From contig JBBCKI010000048.1 of NCBI GenBank assembly GCA_037190965.1, positions 82,982-146,981 on the forward strand: DNA of 64,000 bases, read 5' to 3'. A program made the translations under genes and the position numbers. This stretch comes from Chthoniobacteraceae bacterium. GTDB lineage: Bacteria; Verrucomicrobiota; Verrucomicrobiia; Chthoniobacterales; Chthoniobacteraceae. This document shows, piece by piece, positions 1 through 9,230 of this stretch; within the stretch, counting starts at the first letter, position 1; every line of letters starts with the position of its first letter. The notes under the pieces were generated by a model. It searched no databases. It was not told where the DNA came from and was given only the letters and a program-made list of their open reading frames with translations.

Positions 1-2
1 TT

Positions 3-1883
3 CGGAGCGTCGCCCATGCCATTGCCCAGGCCGAACGCCTCGGGATCGCCCCCGGAGCTTACGAATTCCAGGCGCTCTACGGCATGGCGGACGACCTGAA
101 ACGCGCATTGATCGAGGAAGGATTCCGTGTGCGGGAGTATTGCCCAGTGGGCGAACTGCTGCCCGGGATGGCTTACCTTGTGAGGCGGCTGCTTGAAAAC
201 ACGAGCAATGAAGGGTTTCTGAGGGCATGGGATCGCGGGGAAGCGGAGATTGACGAACTGCTCCGCGATCCACGCGATCGTCTGGTCCAGCCGCCGCCGC
301 GACCCACATCGTCCCCTTCGGCACGCGACAGGTTCATTAACGCGCCCAACACCGATTTCACCCGCCCTGAGGCTCGCATGCGCTTCCGAAAAGCCCTTGC
401 GGCGATCGATTCCGGTCGTGGAAAACATCATCCGCTGGTGATCGGAGGGCAACGGCGCCCGGGGAGTGGCGCCGTGCCATCGGCCAATCCCGCGCGGCCG
501 AAGGAGATTCTCGGCACCTGGAGCCGTGCGACTCCCGCCGATGCGGAGGCAGCCGTCAAGGCAGCCCGGCTCGCGCAACCCACTTGGGAGGCGACCCCGC
601 AGGAGGACCGTTCGGCAATCCTCGAACGCGCCGCTTCCCTGATGGAAGAGAAACGTTTCGAACTGGCGGCGCTGGAGGTTCGGGAGGCCGGGAAACCATG
701 GGGCGAGGCCGACGCCGACGTGAGCGAAGCCATCGACTTCTGCCGTTTCTACGCGACGCAGATGCGGCGAAGAGTCCCCGCCCTCACCCAGAACACCCCC
801 GGTGAGTGGAACCTGCAACTTTACAAACCGCGCGGGGTCGGCGTGGTCATCGCCCCTTGGAATTTCCCGCTCGCGATCCTCTGCGGGATGAGCGTGGCCC
901 CGCTCGTGGCTGGGAACACGGTCATCATGAAACCGGCGGAACAGACCTCGCTCGTTGCCGCCGCGTTCATGGAGATCCTGGAAGCCGCGGGAGTGCCCGC
1001 CGGAGTGGCAAACCTCTTGACCGGCATGGGCGAAGAGGTCGGCGCGCTGCTCGTGGAGCATCCACAGGTGGATTTCATCGCCTTCACCGGCTCGCGGGCC
1101 GTCGGCACGCAGATCTGGGAAAAGGCGGGCCGGACTCTGCCCGGACAGGCCAGTCTCAAGAAAGTCGTCTGCGAAATGGGCGGAAAGAATCCGCTGATCA
1201 TCGACGATTCCGCGGATCTCGACGAAGCCATCCCCGCCGCCCTCCACTCCGCTTTCGGATACAGCGGGCAAAAGTGCTCCGCGCTCTCCCGCCTGATCGT
1301 ACTGGATGGCATTTACGATCGATTCGTAAGTCGCTTTGTGGCTGGGGCGGCCTCCGTCCCGGTGGGCGATCCCGGGGAACCGGGAACGGTAATCAGCCCG
1401 GTCATCGACGAGGAAGCCCAGTTGAGAATCCTGAGCGTCATCGAACGCGGAAAGAAAGAGGCGCAAATTCTCTTCCAGGGGGAAGCGCCCGCCGCCGGCT
1501 ATTTCGTCCCGCCCACCATTTTCGGGAACGTAAAACCGGGCTCATTTCTCGAACGGGAGGAGATCTTTGGCCCGGTGGTCGCGGTCATCCGGGCGGCGAC
1601 CCTGACCGAAGCCTTCGCCATTGCCAACGATACCCCGTACGCATTGACCGCGGGGGTTTTCTCGCGCACGCCGAGCACCCTTGAACGGGCCAGGCGCGAG
1701 ATTCTCGCCGGGAATCTCTATCTCAACCGGGGGATCACCGGCGCGCTGGTGGAGCGCCAGCCCTTCGGCGGCTTCAAAATGAGCGGCGGCGGAACGCAGG
1801 CGGGAGGCCAGGGCTATCTGGACAATTTCCTCATCCCCCGGGTGATTACGGAAAACATCGTCCGGCGCGGGTTTGCGGAGTAA
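3..1883 (+). CDS. putA: Bifunctional proline dehydrogenase / P5C dehydrogenase, 5'-truncated by window edge
   Basis: Frame is open from base 3 (…YEFQALYGMAD, YLVRRLLENTSNEGF = PRODH C-terminus), followed by an aldehyde dehydrogenase domain (IAPWNFP, FTGS, EMGGKN, GQKCSA, EEIFGPV, QPFGGFKMSG). Confidence 0.95.
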   Translation, partial: RSVAHAIAQAERLGIAPGAYEFQALYGMADDLKRALIEEGFRVREYCPVGELLPGMAYLVRRLLENTSNEGFLRAWDRGEAEIDELLRDPRDRLVQPPPRPTSSPSARDRFINAPNTDFTRPEARMRFRKALAAIDSGRGKHHPLVIGGQRRPGSGAVPSANPARPKEILGTWSRATPADAEAAVKAARLAQPTWEATPQEDRSAILERAASLMEEKRFELAALEVREAGKPWGEADADVSEAIDFCRFYATQMRRRVPALTQNTPGEWNLQLYKPRGVGVVIAPWNFPLAILCGMSVAPLVAGNTVIMKPAEQTSLVAAAFMEILEAAGVPAGVANLLTGMGEEVGALLVEHPQVDFIAFTGSRAVGTQIWEKAGRTLPGQASLKKVVCEMGGKNPLIIDDSADLDEAIPAALHSAFGYSGQKCSALSRLIVLDGIYDRFVSRFVAGAASVPVGDPGEPGTVISPVIDEEAQLRILSVIERGKKEAQILFQGEAPAAGYFVPPTIFGNVKPGSFLEREEIFGPVVAVIRAATLTEAFAIANDTPYALTAGVFSRTPSTLERARREILAGNLYLNRGITGALVERQPFGGFKMSGGGTQAGGQGYLDNFLIPRVITENIVRRGFAE

Positions 1884-1884
1884 C

Positions 1885-1920
1885 AAAAACGGCGCCGGAC
1901 CTCCTGGAGATCCGGCGCCG
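1885..1920. terminator. Intrinsic terminator between convergent putA and ABC operon
   Basis: CGGCGCCGGA (1890-1899) pairs with TCCGGCGCCG (1911-1920); the preceding A-run is a U-tract on the minus strand. Confidence 0.7.
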
Positions 1921-1945
1921 CGACGTTTCAAATTTTTCCCAGGGA

Positions 1946-4378
1946 TCAACCGCCCCGTTTGAACTCCATCCGGCTGAGGCGTTTCAACTGGATCAGGGCG
2001 AACCCGACAAGCAGGGAACCGAGGATCCACGCCATGGCCGTTGCCGGGCCGAACTGGAGGAACATGAAGGCCTGGTAAAAGATCCGCAGCGCGGCGACTT
2101 CCGTGATGGCGTTGGGGCCACCCGCCGTCATGATGAGGATATTCTGGGAGGCCTGGAAGGCCCCCATGACCGCGCCGATGAAGTTGATCGCAATCAATGG
2201 GAGCAACGCAGGGACGACGATGTGGAAGGTCTTGCGCCAGAACCCGGCTCCGTCGATCTCCGAGGCTTCAAACTGCTCCTCGGGAATCGTCTTGAGGGCG
2301 GCGAGATAAATCAGACAGCCGGGACCCGCCCCTGCCCAGACGCCGGGCAAAACACAAGAGATCATGGCAAAAGCCGGATCCTCCGGCCAGGCGCGACGGA
2401 TGTGGATCCCCACGGCATCGAGCATGGTGTTGATCACGCCATTGACGGCGAAAAACTCTTTCCACAAGACGAAGACCGCCGTGCCGGTTAACAGCGCGGG
2501 GAGGTAATAGAGCGTCCGGAAGAGAAGCTTGTGCCTCGGCACAACGTGAAGCAGATAGGCCAGCGTGATCGGCACGCAGAACCCGACCGTCAGCATCCAG
2601 AAAGCAAAATGGAACGTGGCCAGCATCGAAGACCAGAAGCGTTTGTCGAACAGGGTGTTGGCAAAGTTGTCGATGCCGACAAAGGTTGACTTCAGCATGA
2701 TCTGGTAATCCAGCAGCGACATCCACGCCCCTCTTGCAAGCGGGAGGTAAGACCAGGTGAAGGCCAGGCCCAGCGGGATGATCAACATCCCCCAGGCGAT
2801 GAACTTCGCCTTGCCGCGCACGCGACTGGTTGCGGCCCCCGCCTCCGAAAAGGATTTGAAGATCACCCGGCCGACCAACACAAAGGCCCCGATGATCACC
2901 AATACGACGACCCAGCCGACCCCGCGACGCTGCGCCATCTTCTCCGGCGGGACGATGCCGAGCATCCGTTCGTCAGTCGCCTTGACGGCGGTATCGAGGA
3001 TTCGCTTGATCTCCTCCTTGACGGCTTTCTTGTCACCCGTCTTCCACGAATTGGCAATTTTCGAACTCAGCAAAATCTGGTCGAGCGGATAGGTCATCTC
3101 GAGATAAACGAGGTCGCAATTTTTGCCGTAGGGCTCGGGCTTCCCGTTCGCCATGGCGATCTTGAACTCTTCCTCGGTGCCGGGCGGCACCATCTCAAGG
3201 AAAGAGGTGAACCCGAAACGCCGCAAATCAACCGGGTTGATGACGTTGGCTGTGCCGAGTTCGACTAGCGCTTCGGTTCGGATCCGCTGCGCCTCGTCGC
3301 TACCGTAGAAGTTAATGTATTCCCAGGCGGCAGCCCGCACTTTGGGGTCTTTGACTCCGGCAAAGATCCCCATCATCCCGGCGTTGACCTCCGAGCCGCG
3401 AATTCCTGTCGGCCCCTTCGGGACCGCTCCGAATCCCCAGACGTTGGGGTCGAAGCTCATAGAGGCTCCGATGTACCCGAAGGTCATTCCAATATAACGG
3501 CTTTCGGCCGAATTAATCTGCGTTCCAGCGTCGGTGGCCCTGGTGGCAATCCGATCTCCCTCGACCAACTGGTAATAGAACTCGAAAGCGTCAACCGCCG
3601 CGTCGGAATTGAACACAGCGCGCCACTCGTTCTTCTCGATCTCCTCCACGGCCTCTCCCCCGGTGGACCAGAGGAAGTTCATGAGGTTCCAGGAAGCCTG
3701 CTGCCCCGCGTTCAACAGCAACGGCTTGTTCCGAGGGTTGACGGCCTTGATCTTTCTGGAGAACTCCACCAACTCGTCCCAGTCTTTGGGTGTGCGCTGA
3801 GGAAGCCCTACCTGCCGGAACAGACTCCGGTTGAAGTAGAGACCCATGACATAGTAGCGATACGGCAGCGCATAAGTACGGGTTTCATTATCAGGGCCGG
3901 GCCGACGAATTACGTCCTCGATCTGCGGAAGAATATGCTCCCCTTTCCACCCCGGATTTCCGGCGGTCTCTTTCTCGATGAACTCGTCGAGCGGATAGAG
4001 AATCCCCTGCCGGACATAACTGTCGATCTTCCGGAAGTTGACGTAGAGAACATCGGGGGAGATGCCACCCGCGATCATCATCAATGGGCCGATCTCGCTC
4101 CCCATGCCTTCAACCTTCAGCCCGGTGACTGATTTAAGCTCAATATGCGAATACTTCTTGCTGAAAGCCTCCAGCACCCGCAAGTCGGCAATGTCGGTGG
4201 AACTGGTACTCCCCGGATTTGGGAGGCCAAACACCTTTACGACGGTTTTTTCGGAGTTTTCCTTCCCCGGACGCTCGGCGGCACACACGCCGGCACCGGT
4301 GAAAAAGGCGGCCAAGAGCAGCAGAGCCTTACGGACAGGGGCCGCAAAATTTGCAAATCGGTTCATACAGTGATGCAA
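1946..4378 (-). CDS. Fused extracellular solute-binding protein + carbohydrate ABC transporter permease
   Basis: N-terminal signal-like stretch; SBP_bac_1-like region (PDVLYV, YALP, LYFNRSLF, PKDWDEL); C-terminal MalF-like TM domain with EAA loop (FEASEIDGAGFWRKTFHI). Confidence 0.88.
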   Translation of the reverse strand: MHHCMNRFANFAAPVRKALLLLAAFFTGAGVCAAERPGKENSEKTVVKVFGLPNPGSTSSTDIADLRVLEAFSKKYSHIELKSVTGLKVEGMGSEIGPLMMIAGGISPDVLYVNFRKIDSYVRQGILYPLDEFIEKETAGNPGWKGEHILPQIEDVIRRPGPDNETRTYALPYRYYVMGLYFNRSLFRQVGLPQRTPKDWDELVEFSRKIKAVNPRNKPLLLNAGQQASWNLMNFLWSTGGEAVEEIEKNEWRAVFNSDAAVDAFEFYYQLVEGDRIATRATDAGTQINSAESRYIGMTFGYIGASMSFDPNVWGFGAVPKGPTGIRGSEVNAGMMGIFAGVKDPKVRAAAWEYINFYGSDEAQRIRTEALVELGTANVINPVDLRRFGFTSFLEMVPPGTEEEFKIAMANGKPEPYGKNCDLVYLEMTYPLDQILLSSKIANSWKTGDKKAVKEEIKRILDTAVKATDERMLGIVPPEKMAQRRGVGWVVVLVIIGAFVLVGRVIFKSFSEAGAATSRVRGKAKFIAWGMLIIPLGLAFTWSYLPLARGAWMSLLDYQIMLKSTFVGIDNFANTLFDKRFWSSMLATFHFAFWMLTVGFCVPITLAYLLHVVPRHKLLFRTLYYLPALLTGTAVFVLWKEFFAVNGVINTMLDAVGIHIRRAWPEDPAFAMISCVLPGVWAGAGPGCLIYLAALKTIPEEQFEASEIDGAGFWRKTFHIVVPALLPLIAINFIGAVMGAFQASQNILIMTAGGPNAITEVAALRIFYQAFMFLQFGPATAMAWILGSLLVGFALIQLKRLSRMEFKRGG

Positions 4379-4383
4379 AGAGA

Positions 4384-6132
4384 TTATTTATCCGAAGGAA
4401 CGACAATCCCTCGCAGGATGACATTCTGCGCGCAAAGGAAGACAATCAGCGTCGGGACGGCGGTGATAAGAAGCGAAGCGTAAATGATTCCCGGCCCGGC
4501 ACTCTGCCTCAACTGGTAAATCCAGACCATCAAGGTCCACATCTCCGGGTCAGGCGCCAGGATAAGGGCAAAGAAGAAGGCGCCATAAGCGGAGATGAAC
4601 GCTCCAAGGGCGATCACCGCGAGAATCGGGCGGGAGAGGTTCATGGTGATCCCCCAGAAAATCTGCCACTCGCTGGCCCCGTCGATATCCGCCGCCTCGT
4701 AAAGTTCCTTGGGGAGGCTGTCGAAGAAGCCCTTTAGCAGGAAAATGGAGAAGCCGTTCACCAACCCCGGCAGCACCAGCGCGCCGAAGGTGTTCAGAAG
4801 GCCGAATTCCTTGAGTTGCAGGAAGTTTGGAATCATGGCCACCTCAGCGGGGAAGGCAATGGTGGCAAGGAAAAAGAGGAGCACGTGATAGCTCTGCGGG
4901 AGCTTGTAGCGCGACAGGGCATACGCGGCCATGGGATTGATCGTGAGCGCACCGAGCACTGAAAGACCGATGAGAATGAGCGTATTCTTCACGCCATTCC
5001 CCTGAATCAACACCTCGTCAATCACGTCGAGGTAGTTCTGACAGACAAACCGCCAGCGCCAGAATCCCTTCTCGTTCTGGAAGTTCTCCCAGTCGAGCGC
5101 CATTTGCGGGATGCGGGCGTCGGCGACGCCGCGTTTCGCCGCCCACTCCGCGAACGCAATGTCGATGCTGCGGACACGGACATCCTGAGCCGTTGCCTTT
5201 ATCGAGATGAACTCCTTCTTGGACATCCCTGCTGCGATCCGGGCCGCCTCCCCGGAGGGCGTCAACTCGACGAAAGAGGGGTTAAGCAGTTTTTTGACAA
5301 AGGAAAACCATGGGACACTGGCTCCGCCTTCCGGGGCGGTGCCGGGAAACGGGATCTCCGAATAGGAATGATACTGGGTCCCCGCCGTCTTGTTGTAGGC
5401 CTCAATTCCACCCTTGGAATCGGAGTCCGCCCCTTCCGTTTTGACATCGCTGGCCTCGCCATAGAGCCGCACGAGATAAACCGAGCGATAGAAATTCCCG
5501 ACGTTCCAGATCAGGCGATGGCTTTCAGGAACGGTTTCGAGATACTCCAGAAATTTCCCCGTCAGGGCCGAATCGGTGTCCGGCTTGAAAACCCTCGCCT
5601 GCACGGGCGGTATAATACTGGTCGAGTGAACAACCTGGATCGAGAGCGCCTCATTGAGCTTGTCGAGGCTGCCGTATTGATCGAGCAACCAGATGCGGAA
5701 ATTCCGGTTGTGGTAACCGGCGTCGCGCTTGTTCATCCGCGTGAAGGAGAGGCCGGCGTCGGTTCCCTTCAGAGGGCCATGCTCAGCCTTGAACTCCTGC
5801 CAGAGCTTCATCTGCTCCGGCGGAGCCGGAGGCACGGGGTAAACCGGCGCGTAGAAATCGACGCTCGAGGAGTTCGTCGCCATCGCGAAGTTCTCCAACG
5901 AACCGCCGTACTTCGCATCGACATACCGTCCCCAAAGGGCCTCTTCCTTAAAGAGAAACCGGGGATAGAAAGAAAACGTCTGCGCGTCATAAGGACCGGA
6001 GGTGGAACCGGTCACCGTCACCAACAACGGCAGCACCATTGTCAGCGCGCCCAGAATCAGCAGTCCGTAAATGGAGGCGAAAAGAAACCGCACGGTGGCG
6101 GAGCGTTCCGTAATGGGGGAAAAAAAACTCAT
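4384..6132 (-). CDS. Carbohydrate ABC transporter permease (MalG-like) with large soluble insertion
   Basis: N-terminal TM helix, ~330 aa hydrophilic insert, C-terminal permease with AAYALSR and ELYEAADIDGASEWQIF. Confidence 0.88.
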   Translation of the reverse strand: MSFFSPITERSATVRFLFASIYGLLILGALTMVLPLLVTVTGSTSGPYDAQTFSFYPRFLFKEEALWGRYVDAKYGGSLENFAMATNSSSVDFYAPVYPVPPAPPEQMKLWQEFKAEHGPLKGTDAGLSFTRMNKRDAGYHNRNFRIWLLDQYGSLDKLNEALSIQVVHSTSIIPPVQARVFKPDTDSALTGKFLEYLETVPESHRLIWNVGNFYRSVYLVRLYGEASDVKTEGADSDSKGGIEAYNKTAGTQYHSYSEIPFPGTAPEGGASVPWFSFVKKLLNPSFVELTPSGEAARIAAGMSKKEFISIKATAQDVRVRSIDIAFAEWAAKRGVADARIPQMALDWENFQNEKGFWRWRFVCQNYLDVIDEVLIQGNGVKNTLILIGLSVLGALTINPMAAYALSRYKLPQSYHVLLFFLATIAFPAEVAMIPNFLQLKEFGLLNTFGALVLPGLVNGFSIFLLKGFFDSLPKELYEAADIDGASEWQIFWGITMNLSRPILAVIALGAFISAYGAFFFALILAPDPEMWTLMVWIYQLRQSAGPGIIYASLLITAVPTLIVFLCAQNVILRGIVVPSDK

Positions 6133-6246
6133 TTCGTAAATTCAAAGGGAGGGGAACCCCCTGGTGTAAAACCAACAGGCCGGCTGTTTTACCATCCCTC
6201 AGCCCAGCCACAAATCAATTTTCCTGATGTTGACCTTAAAATTTTC

Positions 6247-6314
6247 AACCTGAATTCCGATGCCGGAGCGGATGATCTTGTGCAATCGCCGCGAGCAACT
6301 TCGGAATTCAGGTT
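6247..6314. repeat. 68-bp element bounded by perfect 14-bp inverted repeats (AACCTGAATTCCGA)
   Basis: 6247-6260 is the exact reverse complement of 6301-6314. Confidence 0.75.
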
Positions 6315-6328
6315 TAACACCGGGAGAA

Positions 6329-7228
6329 TCACCCGCCGTGCACTCCTCGTCTGGTCTCCCGCGGAGTGCTTCCAGCCCAGCGTCGAAAGGCCCGGCTGAA
6401 ATAGCTGGGATCCCGGAAACCGGCTGCTTCGCTAACCTCCGCGATATTCAAAGTGGAGTTCTCCAACAGCACCTGGGCCCGCATCAAACGCTGGCCATTG
6501 ATATAAGCCTGCAGGGTGCCGCCCGTTGTTTTCCGGAAAAGCTGGGAGAGATAGTCGGCGCTGCATTGAAGCTCCCGCGCCAGGCGCGCAACGGAGAGAT
6601 CAGGGTCGGCCAGGAGTTGAATGACCCAGTGCCTTGCCTGGGTCACCTTGAAGGGCTCCCTTCGGGAGGGCGCGCTGGATCCCTCCAACGCCGCCAGCAG
6701 TAGGGAAAGATGAGCAAGCATCAACCCCTTCAACCCGATGAGACGAGCCGATCCGGAGGAATGGGCCAGTTCAGCCGCCTCATCCAGCAACGCGACAACG
6801 CCCGGCCCGATCTTGCCAATCGAGCTGCCGACAACCCCGACCGGGACCCCCCGGGGCTTTTCGTGAGCAAGATGGAAGTACCCCTCGCGGGCAAACATAA
6901 AGACCAGATTCGCGAAGGGCCCCTGCCAGGCTCGCACCCGCTCGAAATGCGGCATCCCACGGGGCACCAAACAAATCTCACCGGGGCCGACCCGGATTTT
7001 TTCCTCGGGAAATTCAAAAACCGTCACCCCCGACAATTGAATAAATAATTCGGGATGGAGGTGAAACACCTTCCCAGGGAGGAGCCGCATCACTCCCCGC
7101 AACCTGGGGATTCGCACCGGAATTCGCCCCGCGTCCATTTCCCCAATCCAGCGCCGAAGAGTCTCACGGGTGAAATCACGCAATTCGTTTTCCGTGGAAG
7201 GCGAACCTTTGGAGGCGAAAATCGACAC
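6329..7228 (-). CDS. AraC-family transcriptional regulator (cupin + HTH)
   Basis: FHLHPELF cupin motif; C-terminal double HTH (LSVARLA…NIAEVSEAAGFRDPSYFSRAF). Confidence 0.9.
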   Translation of the reverse strand: MSIFASKGSPSTENELRDFTRETLRRWIGEMDAGRIPVRIPRLRGVMRLLPGKVFHLHPELFIQLSGVTVFEFPEEKIRVGPGEICLVPRGMPHFERVRAWQGPFANLVFMFAREGYFHLAHEKPRGVPVGVVGSSIGKIGPGVVALLDEAAELAHSSGSARLIGLKGLMLAHLSLLLAALEGSSAPSRREPFKVTQARHWVIQLLADPDLSVARLARELQCSADYLSQLFRKTTGGTLQAYINGQRLMRAQVLLENSTLNIAEVSEAAGFRDPSYFSRAFRRWAGSTPRETRRGVHGG

Positions 7229-7385
7229 CTCGGATATGTCCTATTTTTAGGAGGGATTGTCCAAACAATCCTGATTGAGACCTGCTTGCGACGGGATTAA
7301 TACAGAAGGAAAGTGAAACTTCCCCCGCCCGCGCTTCATCGCGAGTAAGAAAGGATAAATTCTAATCCAACCTGTCATCCAACCC

Positions 7386-8126
7386 ATGAGCACGCCCAGG
7401 CCCATTCAAGTCACCATCTGGAACGAGTACCGCCACGAGAAAAAGAACGAAGCCATCCGGAAAATTTATCCCGAAGGAATGCACCGCACCCTGGCGGACG
7501 CCCTCGGGAAGCACGCAGACTTTTGCGTGCGGACGGCCACCCTCGACGAACCGGAGCATGGCCTCACCGCCGAGGTCCTCGACGATACCGATGTCCTCCT
7601 CTGGTGGGGGCATATCGCCCATGCCGAAGTCAGCGACGAAGTCGTCAACCGCGTGCAAAAGCGCGTGTTGGAGGGGATGGGGCTGATCGTGCTCCACTCA
7701 GGGCACTATTCGAAGATCTTCAAGCGACTGATGGGCACCACCTGCTCGCTACGCTGGCGGGAGTCGACCGACAAGGAGCGGCTCTGGAATCTGGAACCCG
7801 GCCACCCCATCACCCAGGGGATCGGCGACACCATCGAACTGCCGCGCCATGAGATGTACGGAGAACGCTTCGACATCCCGACCCCCGACGAGTTGATCTT
7901 CGTCTCCTGGTTCAGCGGCGGGGAGATCTTCCGGAGCGGCTGCACCTGGCGGCGAGGCCACGGGAAAGTCTTCTATTTCAGCCCGGGCCACGAAACCTAC
8001 CCGATCTATCATAACGCGCAGATCCAGCAGGTCATCACCAATGCGGTTCGCTGGGCAAAGCCGCAGGTGCGCATCGCCGATGCCGCCCCGCGGGTCGAGC
8101 CGCGCGAAATCCTTCCCGCAGAATAA
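7386..8126 (+). CDS. ThuA-like (trehalose utilisation) protein
   Basis: [50 protein letters not shown] motifs. Confidence 0.9.
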   Translation: MSTPRPIQVTIWNEYRHEKKNEAIRKIYPEGMHRTLADALGKHADFCVRTATLDEPEHGLTAEVLDDTDVLLWWGHIAHAEVSDEVVNRVQKRVLEGMGLIVLHSGHYSKIFKRLMGTTCSLRWRESTDKERLWNLEPGHPITQGIGDTIELPRHEMYGERFDIPTPDELIFVSWFSGGEIFRSGCTWRRGHGKVFYFSPGHETYPIYHNAQIQQVITNAVRWAKPQVRIADAAPRVEPREILPAE

Positions 8127-8144
8127 ACTCCCGATTCATAGACC

Positions 8145-9185
8145 ATGAAAAAACTTAAAGTCGGCGTGATCGGACTCGGCATGGGCCGGTTCCATCTACT
8201 CGAATACAAAAACCACCCGCAGGTTGAACTGGCGGCGGTGGCGGATCTCGATGAAAAACGATTGGCCAATGCCGTCACCGAGTGCGGTGTCGCACGGACC
8301 TACACCTCCGCCGAGGAGATGTTGGAAAAAGAATCGCTCGACCTCGTCAGCATCTGCACCCCCAACAAATTCCACAAGCCGCTGACCGTCGCGGCTCTTC
8401 GCGCCGGATGCCATGTGCTTTGCGAGAAGCCGATGGCAATGAACGCGACTGAAGCCCGGGAGATGCTGGAGGCAGCGCGCAAGGCGGATCGCCGCCTGAT
8501 GATCAACTTCTCCTATCGATTCAGCGACCAGAGCTTCGCGCTCAAAAAGCAGGTGGAAAGCGGCATCCTCGGCGACATCTACTTCGGGCGGTCGATCTGG
8601 CATCGCCGCCGTGGCATTCCCGGCTTTGGCGGATGGTTCGGCATCAAAGAGCTCTCCGGCGGCGGCCCGCTGATCGATCTTGGCGTCCATCGGCTCGACC
8701 TCGCTCTCTGGCTCATGGGCTACCCGAAGCCGACCTGGGTGATGGGCTCCGCCTACGACCCGATCGCCCGGGAACTGGCCGCAAAAGAAGGAAAGAAGTT
8801 CGACGTCGAAGATCTCGCCGCCGCCTGCATCAAGTTTGAAAACGGGGCGACGCTGATGATCGAGGCTTCATGGGCTTCCAATTCGAAAAAGAACGAACAG
8901 ATGGAAACGATTCTCTTCGGAACCAAGGGCGGGCTTACCCAGCGGAACGTTGGCGAAGGATATGGATCATTCGAAGCCGAGATCCACCTGGAATCCCAGG
9001 GCTGCCAGTTCGACATGAAGCTTCACCCTCCAGTGCCTGCGGCCAAGAAATCGATGATCCATTTTGTGGACGCCATTCTCAACAATGAGCCGCACATCGC
9101 CACCGGCGAAGAAGGCCTCATCGTGATGGAGATTCTCGACGCGATCTATGAGAGCGCGAGAACCGGCGCGCCGGTGAAGATCTAG
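8145..9185 (+). CDS. Gfo/Idh/MocA family NAD(P)-dependent oxidoreductase
   Basis: VGVIGLGMG, HVLCEKPMA, GGGPLIDLGVH. Confidence 0.92.
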   Translation: MKKLKVGVIGLGMGRFHLLEYKNHPQVELAAVADLDEKRLANAVTECGVARTYTSAEEMLEKESLDLVSICTPNKFHKPLTVAALRAGCHVLCEKPMAMNATEAREMLEAARKADRRLMINFSYRFSDQSFALKKQVESGILGDIYFGRSIWHRRRGIPGFGGWFGIKELSGGGPLIDLGVHRLDLALWLMGYPKPTWVMGSAYDPIARELAAKEGKKFDVEDLAAACIKFENGATLMIEASWASNSKKNEQMETILFGTKGGLTQRNVGEGYGSFEAEIHLESQGCQFDMKLHPPVPAAKKSMIHFVDAILNNEPHIATGEEGLIVMEILDAIYESARTGAPVKI

Positions 9186-9194
9186 GAGAAAATC

Positions 9195-9230
9195 GGAAAG
9201 CGGAGACTGGAGGAAAGGTTTCCGCTTTCC
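9195..9230. terminator. Hairpin between convergent oxidoreductase and rpoN
   Basis: GGAAAGCGGAGAC pairs with GTTTCCGCTTTCC. Confidence 0.6.

Noticed and set aside
6140..6205. Hairpin-rich leader of the ABC operon as a riboswitch
   Set aside because: Imperfect stem (GGTAAAAC…GTTTTACACC) but no recognisable aptamer consensus; cannot be supported without a covariance search
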